The position numbers and the translations under genes are program-made. A stretch of 50,204 nt of DNA from an uncultured virus (IMG/VR IMGVR_UViG_3300012933_000135) (lineage: Duplodnaviria > Heunggongvirae > Uroviricota > Caudoviricetes). The notes under the pieces are model-generated. The model did no database searches and had not been told where the DNA came from. It saw only the letters and a program-made list of their open reading frames with translations. Positions 17,065 through 29,000 of this stretch are shown piece by piece. Location: the IMG/VR virus record IMGVR_UViG_3300012933_000135. One strand, written 5' to 3'. How positions within the stretch are numbered: the first letter of the stretch is position 1; each line of letters begins with the position of its first letter.

Positions 17065-20000
17065 ATGGCTGATAATACAAATCCTACTAACAACGGTATT
17101 TCAAGTTTCCTACCTAGATTCTACAGAACAGATTCGAATAAGAAATTTCTGCAAGCAACGATTGAGCAACTTGTAAAACCAGGTAAAGTTAAAAAGATAA
17201 ATGGATACTTAGGTCGCAGAAATGCGAAGGCTAGTACAGGCGACGATACGTTTGTTGCAGGTGTTAATTCTACTCGAGAAAATTATCAGTTAGAGCCTAG
17301 CATAAACATTAATGATGAGTTAGGTAATACCACATTCTTTAAAGACTATCAAGATTACATTAATCAGTTAGGTGTCTTCGGCGCTGATGTATCTAATCAT
17401 GCTAGACTTAATAAACAAGAGTTTTACTCTTGGAATCCACACATCGACTGGGACAAATTTGTAAACTTTCAACAGTACTACTGGTTGCCGTACGGTCCTT
17501 CTGCGATTACAATTTACGGACAGCAACGTGCAATAACTAGCACTTACACTGTTAAGTGGGAATCAGCATTAGGCAGTAAAGAATTCTTGTTTACTCCTAA
17601 CGGCATTACTAGAAATCCCAGTTTAAAATTATACCGCGGGCAAGAATATCACTTTGAAATTGATAGCCCTGGCGAACCTTTCAGCATTAAAACTTCTAGA
17701 TCATCTGGAAATCTTGACAGATATTCTGCTCATCAATCAGTTGACCAGTTTGCAGTTGAGAATGGTACAATTACATTTACTGTTCCTGACGATGCTCCTG
17801 ACGTCTTATTTTATGTAAGCGAAAACGATATTAATTTAGGTGGCGTTTTTCAAATACTTGACATTAAAGAAAACACAGCAATTGATGTAAGCACAGATTT
17901 ACTAGGCAAGAAAACATATACATTACCTACTGGCTTGTCGTTAAGTAACGGCATGAAAGTAAGATTTGGTGGTAATGTTACTCCTGCAGAATACGCAACT
18001 GGCGACTATTATGTCGAAGGTGTTGGTACTACTATTAAGTTAGTAGCAGAATCTGATCTTGAATTAATCTATCCTTACACTGATGAGTTGCCTGTTTTAT
18101 TCGACGATACTACATTTGATAGTTTACCATTCGGTAGTGCAACAGCATTCGCTGGCAACTTAGACTATATTGTTATTAACCGAGCAAGCAAAGATAAGAA
18201 CCCGTGGAGCCGTTACAATCGTTGGTTCCATCAAGATGTTATTAATGCCAGCGCAGCGTACAATGGATCAATTGCCTCGTTAGATCAGACAGCACGAGCT
18301 GTTCGTCCTATTATCGAATTTGAGGCAGATTTAAAGTTATTTAATTTTGGTCTAGAAGCAAGCCACGATGTTGATTTAATCGATGACTACACTTCTGACA
18401 TCTTCTCTACCATTGAAGGTACTAGCGGATATAACGTTGACGGAGTTCAACTAGCTGAAGGTCAACGTATTTTGTTTATTGCAGATACTGATTCGTTAGT
18501 CAACAATAAAACATATCGTGTATCATTTATTACAGTTCAGAATAGTATTACTGGAACTCGAGATAGACAACTACATCTAGTCTTAGATGATGAGCCTATT
18601 TTAAACAGAGTTGCTGTAGTTAAGCAAGGTACAAAGTATCAAGGATCGATGTTCTGGTTCAACGGTACTAATTGGCAAATTGCTCAAAATAAATTAACAC
18701 TAAACCAACCACCGTTATTTGACATTGTTAACAACGACGGAGTTAGCTTTGGTGATTCTAGCACCTATGACGGTACAACATTTACAGGCACTACTTTATT
18801 CTCTTATAAAGTTGGAACTGGCACTGTAGATAGTAATTTAGGGTTCCCGCTTTCTTACAAAAATATTAACAACACTGGCGACATTGTTTTTAACTTCAAT
18901 ATTATCACTGATACTTTCCAGTATAAAGATGTTGAAAAAATTATCAATGTGTCTACAAGTGTAGGCTACTTGGTTAAGTCGTTAGGTAACAATCAAGTTG
19001 AGTACAAGAACGGTTGGGAAATTAGCACAATTGATTCTGAGTATCAGCCTGCGGTTAGAATTTATAAAAACTCTTCAAAAGTTAATACATTTGACTTAGA
19101 CATCTTTGATAACAAAACAGACTTAGCTGACTTACAAGTTAGAGTTTATGTTAACGGTATTCGCCTTGCTAGCTCTGATTGGATTTTAGTCGATGGTGCA
19201 GTTTATAAGAAACTTGTTCTTTCTACAGACATTGCATTAACTGATGTTCTTACAATTAAAGCATTTGCTAAACAATCAATTAACAGTAATGGATTTTATG
19301 AAATTCCAGTTAACCTACAGAATAATCCGTTAAACAATACAATGGGAGATTTTACACTTGGTGAAGTAATCGATCATGTAAACTCTATTGTTGATAATTC
19401 TGCTGCATTTACTGGCACGTTCCCAGGAAGCAACAACCTACGAGATTTAGGTAACTTATCTGCTCGTGGTACTAAGTTTGTACAGCACTCAGGACCTTTA
19501 AGTCTTGCCTTGTATCACATTACTTCTCCAGACAACAACATTATCAAAGCAATTGAAACTGCTCGTGACAACTACGGCCAATTCAAACGCAATTTTATTG
19601 CAGTATCTCAATCATTAGGCATTGACACTGCAACTAAAACTTTTGTAGATTTAATTTTACAAGAGATGAATAAAGATAAGCCTAGCAAATCAGCTTACTA
19701 CTTTAGTGATATGATTCCATACGGTGCTGTTAAAGTTAATACCTTTACTGTTATTGACTATAGAATTTTAACATATCCGCTATCTGAAACATTTGACTTA
19801 AACTACTTGTCAAACAAAGCAGTTGGTGTATATTTGACTCATAACAATGAGACTACACAATTACTATACGGACGTGATTATGAGTTTGACAGTCAAGGCT
19901 TTGTAAGAATTCTTGCTGCAATGGCTAATGATGATTCTATCACCGTTTATGAATATGACAATACTGATGGTTGTTTTGTAGCACCAACTCCTACTAAGTT

Positions 20001-23000
20001 AGGTATTTGGCCAAAGTTTGAACCTAAGATTTATATCGATACTAGTTTAATTACTCCTCGTAAAATGATCCAAGGCCATGACGGTAGTCAAGTGTTGGCT
20101 TATAGTGATATTGGCGAACCAAACGATTATAGAGACGAATTGTTGCTAGAATTAGAAAAGAGAATTTATAACAACATTAAGGTTACATATGATCCAAGCA
20201 TTTTTGATATGCTTGATATTATTCCAGGATACAACAGAACAACTGATTATTCTCTTGCAGAATTTAATCAAGTACTAGCTCCTAACTTCTATAACTGGAC
20301 TACATTTATTGACCGTGACTTTACTAAGCCAATGAGCTTTGATAAATCAAATTCGTTAACATTTAACTATCGTGGTCAGCAAGCACCTGATGGAAGAGAA
20401 GTTCCTGGTTACTGGAGAGGCGTATATCGCTGGATGCTCGACACTGATAGACCAAATCTTTGCCCATGGGAAATGCTAGGCTATAGTGAAGAGCCAGCAT
20501 GGTGGGTCGAAGTGTATGGTCCAGCACCATACACTTGTGACAACATTGTTATGTGGAACGACTTGAGCGAAGGTATTACTAGAGAACCAGGCAAGCCTAT
20601 TCAACGTAATCCAAAGTTTGTTCGTCCGTTCCTTACTACCGCAATTCCAGTTGATGAATCTGGAAACTTAAGAAGTCCAATGACTTCAAACTTTGCATCA
20701 GGATTAATTACTGGTACAGTATCTAACGACTTTGTATTTGGTGATGTAAGCCCTATCGAAGCAGCTTGGAGACGTAGTAGTTACTATGCGTTTAGCGTAC
20801 TAACAACAGCCCTATTATTAAAGCCAGCTAAGACATTTGGCGTATTGTTTGACCGTTCACGTATTGTTAGAAATCTAACAGGTCAGCTAATCTATAAAGA
20901 TACAGGATTGAGAGTACGCCCTGAAGATATTGCATTGCCAAATATCTATGCTAGCGAAACTAGAACACAGACCGCCGGCGTTATTAACTATCTAGTTGAT
21001 TACATTTTAGGCGACAACTTAAAATCTTACGATCAGTATGTATATGACTTAGGTAATATCAAGTTTAATCTAAGCTATCGTGTCAGCGGATTTACTAGCA
21101 AAGAAAAATTTAACTTACTTTTAGATAGCAAGAGTCCAACTGCGGTAGGCGGCGTATTTGTACCTCAAGAAAACTACAATGTAGTTTTGAACAGCTCTAG
21201 TCCAGTTAAGAAGATTACCTATAGTGGTGTTATTATCACTAAGCTATCAGACGGATTTGAAGTTAAGGGTTACAGTAAGACACAACCATACTTTAAATAT
21301 TATGCATGGACTCAATCAGGAGCAACTATCAACGTAGGCGGCATTTCTGAAAGCTACGTCTTGTGGAGTGCTAATCAACGATATTCAGTTGGCAAAGTTG
21401 TTCGCTACAGCAATTTGTTTTTCAGAACAACAATAACACATACTTCAACAGAAACATTTAACGCTGAAGCATTCCAACGTTTGCCCGCACTACCAGTTTC
21501 TGGCGGTCAAGATGCAACGTTTAGAAAGCGTTGGGATCGTACTGAAGCGATTGTGGTGCCATTTGGTACTAAGTTTAGAACAATTCAAGAAGTTGTTGAC
21601 TTCCTAACTGGCTACGGTGAATGGTTGAAAGACCAAGGATTTGTATTTGACGACTTTAATAACTCGTTAGCACAAATTACTAATTGGGAAACTAGTGCGA
21701 AAGAATTCTTATTCTGGACAACACAAAACTGGTCTTCAGGTGAAGACAAGTGGGAAGAGTGGTTAGCTGAAACCCCAGTTGTATACGGATCGATTGTACG
21801 TTATAACGGTGACTACTACCGCGCTACTCGTAACTCACCGGCATCTACAATATTTGAAGAAACCGATTTTGTTAAGCTAGAAGGTCTAAGCACAGTCGGT
21901 AGTTCAGTAATTAGTTTAAGCCCTTCTGCAAATAAGATTACTATCAAGACTGAATATACAGTTGTTGATGACATCTTAAATCAGTTCAACGGTTACGAAA
22001 TTTTTAAAGTTGACGGTACTAAACTTGAGCCGGCATTTGTCGATTCTTTTAGAGATGTGAATACAGTAGCGTATACTCCAAAGACTACTGATGGTATCTA
22101 CGGCGCAACTTTCTTCTTAGTACAGCGAGAGCAAGTTGTTATTCTAGATAACACTACGTTGTTCAACGACACAATTTATAACCCAGAAAGCGGCTATCGC
22201 CAAGAGCGTATTAAAACATCTAGCTATGTTAGTACTGATTGGTACGGTGGATTTGATGTCCCTGGATTTATCTTTGACCAAGCTAAGATTCAAGAATGGA
22301 ATAGTTGGACAGATTACGCCTTAGGCGACATTGTTAAGTACAAAGAATTCTATTACAGTGCAAACTATGCAATCACTGGAACTGCTGAGTTTGTAGCAAG
22401 CGACTGGGTAAAGTTAGACAGCAAGCCATCGGCTCGATTAATCCCTAACTGGAGCTATAAAGCAAGCCAGTTTGAGGATTTCTATAGTTTAGACAGTGGC
22501 AATTTTGATATTGGCCAACAAAAAGTTGCCCAGCATTTAATTGGCTACCAGAAGCGTCAATACTTGAGTAATATTATCAAAGATGATGTTAGTGAGTTCA
22601 AATTCTATCAAGGCATGATCATTGAAAAAGGTACACAGAACAGTCTAAACAAATTGTTTGACGTACTAAGTGCAGACGGCGAAGAAAGTTTAAAGTTTTT
22701 TGAAGAATGGGCAGTTTGTGTAGGACAGTACGGCGCAACAGCAGCATTTGAAGAAATTGAATTTATATTAGACGAATCTAAATTTACAAATAATCCTCAA
22801 GGATTTGAATTAGTGCAGTCGGTTGATTCAACATCACTTGACTTCATCATTCGTCAGACACCTAACGATGTATATCTAAAACCGCTCGGTTACAATAGTA
22901 ACCCTTGGCCAATGACATCTAAGAATACTTCTATTTTGCGCACAGCAGGGTATGTTCGCAATGAAGATGTAAAGTTATTACTAGACAACATTGATGATAT

Positions 23001-26000
23001 TGTTAACGAATCTCCTATTGATTTTACAGTAGGAGACTACGTTTGGTGCGCATTTGAAGGCCGTGAGTGGAACATTTATCGTTACTCTGTAGCGCCATTT
23101 AAAGTTACTAATTTAACGTACAGTAACTCTACTATTACTGTTACTACAGACGAACAAGTAAGATTGTCTGTTGGATCGTTTGTTAGTATTGTTAGAGCAA
23201 CAGGTGCTACTGGTTTTTATAAGATTAAAACAGTTAGCTTAAATTCGTTTACTGTTTCTGCTACACTAACAACACCGCCAGCAAATCCGTTCACTGAACA
23301 ATCAACAGTTGAAGTATTCTTCTTAGAAACTCAGCGTGTAAAAACTAATATAGATGATGCTAATGATGTGATTCCAACTAGACCTAAAAATGGTGAAAAG
23401 ATTTGGTCAGACAACTTAACAGATGATCAGTGGGCAGTGTGGGAATACAACACTGTTTACACAGGTTCTGAATTCTCTAATTCGTTCCCAGCTGATGACA
23501 TTGCGTACGGACGTTCAGTTGCAATGAATACTGGCGCTACTTTCTCAATGGTATCTACAAATAATGCAGTAGTTACATACGACAAAGTGCCTAATGCAAC
23601 AGTATGGCTACAGCGTCAAACTATATTTGCTCCGTTCATCTGTCAAACAGAAGATCTGCAAGCCCAACAATTTGGTTATTTTGCAGAAGCAATGGCAATT
23701 GCAGCATCTAAGTGGGTAGCAATTGGGTCTCCTAATGCAAGCGCAGCTTCGACTCTAGCTAACTCTTATACTATCGGTGAAATTGCAGTAACTGATATTA
23801 CTGGAACATCATCTGGATTTGTTAAACAGGGTGTAGTAACCTTGTATACAAAAGATTCTTCAAACGTATTGATTATTGATAGTACAATTGTTAGCCCTAA
23901 CTCTGCAAGTAACGAACAATTTGGTTCGTCGCTAGTGTTTGGTAGTAACGAATTATTCGTAGCAGCAGTTGGCTATAATAGTGGCGAAGGATGTGTTTAC
24001 AGATTTGTATTCAACGACGGATGGAAATTTGCTTCAATTATTTCTGAGAGCTTACAAGCAAATGCACAATTTGGATATGCTATTGCACTTTCTGAAGAAG
24101 GTACATTAGTAATTTCTGCACCTGGTGCAAATTCTGTATTTGTATATGCAAAGAATGAAGACGGAGAGTACGAACTAGCTACTTCACCGTTAACTGCTAC
24201 TGACAACAGATTTGGTGAAAGTGTTGCAGTTACAACTGATGGAAACTTTATTGCAGTTGGTTCTAAATTATTTGACGGTGTTAACATTGATCAAGGACAA
24301 GTTGTAGTATACGACAGAACTTTTGCAGTTCATCAACAAATTACAAGTCCTAAGCCTGAGATTGCAGAATTCTTTGGTAGCAAAGTATTGTTCTCAAACA
24401 ATGATAATACATTAGTAATTTTTAGTGCTAACGGTGACAGTTATAAAGAGACAACTTTTAATGTAGATGGTATTACTACATTTGATAATAATTCAATGCG
24501 AGTTATTGAACCGCTAGTTGACAGCGGCCGAGTCGATGTATTTGATCGTTACAACACTAAGTGGGTATACAGTGAAACATTAGGCCTTGATACAGATCCT
24601 ATCACCGGAGAATTTAGTGTACGAAACGGCGATGCATACGGTGCGAGCATTGCAGTTGGCCTTAATACAATTCTTGTAGGTTCGCCTTACACTACTGATG
24701 CTGGCTTAAATTCTGGAAAAGTATTTGGATACACTAAGCCAGTTGATGCATTAACATGGAAGGTTATTAGAACAGCGGTTGCAAAACCTGATATTACTAA
24801 AATTAAGAAAGCGTTCTTATACAACAAGACAACAAATAACTTAGTTACATACTTAGATGTACTTGATCCTGTTCAAGGTAAGATTCCAGGTATTGCCGAC
24901 CAAGAGATTAAATTTAAAACATTCTTTGACCCAGCTGTATATTCAGTAGGCACTGACGAAGTGATTGTTGATAACGGTCAAGCATGGACTACTGAAAAAG
25001 TTGGAATGTTATGGTGGGATCAACGCCGTGCTAAGTTCATTGATAGTTACGGCGGCGACGTTGTATATCGAAACACAACATGGAACACAATGTTTGAAAC
25101 TGCTAGCATTGATATCTATGAGTGGATCGAAACTACTTACTTGCCAGAAGCATGGAATGCGTTAGCTGATACCGAAGCAGGGTTAACATCAGGCATTAGC
25201 GGAACTTCTTTATACGGCAATAATGTGTATAGTGTTAAGAAACGCTATGATACAGTAAGCCAGACATTTAAGAATACCTACTTCTATTGGGTTAAGAATA
25301 AGAAAATTATTCCAAATGTTGCATCTCGTCAAATGAGCGCAAGTGACGTTTCTAACCTAATTGCAAATCCTAAAGGTCAAGGATACAAGTATATTGCTCT
25401 AACAGGCAGTAACAGTTTTAGTTTAGTTAACGTTAAGCCGTTGTTAGAAAATGCAGATGTTGTATTGGCAATACAATACTGGACTGTTGATAACACTCAA
25501 CAGAACATTCACAGCGAGTGGAGATTAGTCAGCGAAGACATTAATAGTGATCTTCCAAAGTCGATTGAATTAAAATGGTTTGACAGCTTGTGTGGAAAAG
25601 ACGAGCAAAACCGTGTAATTCCAGATTTAGATTTACCTCCTAAACTTCGATATGGTGCGCAATTCCGCCCACGTCAAAGTATGTTTGTTAACAGATTTGA
25701 AGCACTAAAACAATTTGTTGAACGTGCTAACTCGACATTGCTGTCTAATCAGATTGTAAATTCTAGAGACATAACTGATCTAAATTCTTTTGATCTTGAA
25801 CCAAGTATTGTTACCGGTCTATACGATACAGTAGTTGATACTGATGCAGAATTAAGATTTGCTAGTGTAAGTACAGTTAAGTTAGCCACTGTTACACCAG
25901 TAGTTACAAACGGTTATATTACAGGTGTTGAAATTGTAGAACCTGGTAACGGCTATTTAACTGCACCGTATATCACAGTTCACGGCAACGGTGAAGGTGC

Positions 26001-29000
26001 AGTAGTAAGGGCAGTAATTAATGCTCGTGGACAAATCACAGGCATTGATATTATTAATAAAGGCTATGGTTACGATGACTCAACAGTCTTCTTAGTACGT
26101 AACTACTCAGTATTAGTGCATAGCGACGAGCAAGCACTAGGACGCTGGAGCATCTATGCATATGATCCAATCAATAAAGTTTGGAGCAGAACACAGTCTC
26201 AGTCATATGACACTCGTAAGTACTGGACATATGTTGATTGGTATGCACCTGGACTATCACAGTTTACAGTAGTTGATCATGCGGTTGATACAATTAGCGA
26301 CATTGTTAACATTTCAGTAAACATTGGTCAACTAGTTAAAGTTCGAACAAGTGGATCAGCCGGGTGGTCATTGCTTAAAAAGTATGCTAACTCTGATTCA
26401 GTTGACTGGACACAAAGTTATAATGTAGTTGGTAGTCAGAATGGTACAATTCAATTAAGCGATTCATTGTACAAGTTTAGCAACACTACATTAGGATATG
26501 ACGGCGCATTGTTTGACGGTGATGCGTTTGATAATACTGCGGTGACTGAGTTACGAATTATTCTAAATAGTTTAAAGACTAAAATCTTTATCGACACATT
26601 GAAGCAAACTTACTTAGACTTGTTCTTTGCATGTCTACGTTATGCATTCACTGAACAAAATTACATTGACTGGGCATTTAAAACTAGCTTTGTAAGAGTT
26701 CAACATAACGTTGGCGCTCTACGTCAGAAAGTTACCTACAACAATGATAACTTAGTTGATTTTGAATCTTACATTCAAGAAGTTAAACCTTACAGAACTA
26801 AGATTAGAGAATATGTCAGCGAATATACTGCTATTGATAACAGCCGTCTTTCAGTAACTGACTTTGATGTACAGCCTATTCGAGAAGCAGGTCAGACTAC
26901 AACTATGACTTTGTTAAATGTTGACGGCGACATTCAATCGACACATCCTGAAATTTTACAATACCCTTGGAAACATTGGTTGGACAATGTAGGATTTGAA
27001 ATTACTGAAATTGTAATTACTAACAACGGCTCAGGCTACTTAACACCTCCTACAATCAGATTTGAAGGTGGATATGGAACTGGTGCAACTGCAAAGGCAT
27101 TTATTTCAAGTGGCCGCTTAAACAGAATTTTATTACTAACTCCAGGTACTAACTTCTTAGCTGCACCAAAGATTATTGTTGACGGCGGACTAGCAGTTGA
27201 CGGCGTTCCGGCAACAGCAATTGCAAAAATTGGCAATAGTGTAGTACGTTCAAACTTAATCAAAATGAAATTTGATCGAGTAAGCAAGACATACTTTATT
27301 ACTGAACTAGAAGAAACTGCAACCTTTGCAGGAACGGGAAGTCAGCTACAGTTTGTATTGAAGTGGGCACCGGATGTGAGAATTGGCACTAGCGCCGTAA
27401 CTATTAACGGCGTTGACGGATTGCGAGATAGTTATGTGCTAGCTACTGCTAAATCAACCGCTAAAGGCTACACTTCGTATTACGGTACTATTACTTTTAA
27501 AACTGCTCCTGCTAAAGGAACTTCAATTGTAGTGTCTTATATTAAAGACTGGGCACTATTAAACGCAGCTGATCGTATCAACTTCTACTACGACCCAACA
27601 ACTGGACAATTAGGTAAAGATTTGTCTCAGTTGATGACAGGTGTAGATTACGGCGGAACTATTATTACTGGTTTAGATTTTAACGTATCTGCTGGTTGGG
27701 ATAGTTTACCGTACTTCTCAGATGCATGGGATTCTATTGATCCTACATTTGATGACTACATCATCAAAGCTGGACTTAACTCTAACGAGTTTACATTACC
27801 ATACATTCCAGGTGTAGGTGAAGAGATTAACGTTTATCATAACGGCATTCGACTTGATGATTTAGCGTTTGGTACTCCTGAGCAAACTAATTTAAATGCT
27901 ACAATGCAAACTTTTATCGGTGACGGAATTAACAGCACTGTAGTATTACCGTCGATTGCAGTAACTCGTTCAGCAGATGGTACACAATCATCTGCTAGTA
28001 CTGTGTTAACATTGTCATCTGTCGCCGGTATTCAAGTTGGAAGTTTATTACTAGCTCCTGATGTTGTTCCGGCAAATACTACAGTTACAGCAGTTACTGG
28101 CAACCTAGTATCAATTACATCAACTGGTGAAATTTCAGGAACAACATTAACAATGCCTGGACTTACAGATAATTATGTTGGAATGAGAGTTACAGGTAAC
28201 ACTGTTTTACCTAATACATATATCGTTAGCGTAACTCCGGGAGTATCGTCAACGATTGAAACACAAATAGTTGAAGTATCTGGGACAGCAATTAATGCTG
28301 TTACATTCTTAGGTCAAGTAGTTGCAACTTCCGCAGCTGGCGACACCGCAGCTGATATTGTTATTAAAATTGCAGCAGATAACTCTGCGATTATGGCTGC
28401 ATGGAATGCATCTAACCCAACACAGGAAATTGAAAATATTGAAATTGATTTTGAGAATGGTCCAATTCAAGGAGCAGGCTCGACAACATTGCGTATTGTA
28501 TATCGTCCTTCTGAAGGAGATGTTCCTGTGCTAAGTACCTCAATCAGCAACGGTATTACGTTTGCTGAAAGTGTAGCACTAACTGAAGGTGTGTCAGGTG
28601 CCGTATCAACTGCACAACTAAGCATCAGCCAAACAGTTGGTTCAAGCAGCCTAACATTCTTACCGATTGTTGAAATTTCTAACCCGCTACAAGGCGAAGT
28701 TATTAACGGATACGAGTTATTCTTTGGAGATACTATTCAGTATACTCTAGGAGTACAGCCTGTTGATTCTACTAAAATAGCGGTTAGTTCTGCGTTTAAT
28801 GTCACAGTAGGTGATGCAGTATATTCTCCTAATAAGCTGCTAACTACTACTGCAATATTAACAGGCACTACAGTAACAGCAGTTGACTTAGTTGCAAACA
28901 CTGTAACATTATCTGCTCCTATCAGCAGTGCTATTGCTGATAGTGTAAAATTATCGTTTGGATATAACAAACTATTCTTCCGTAAGAGTACTAGCGATGG

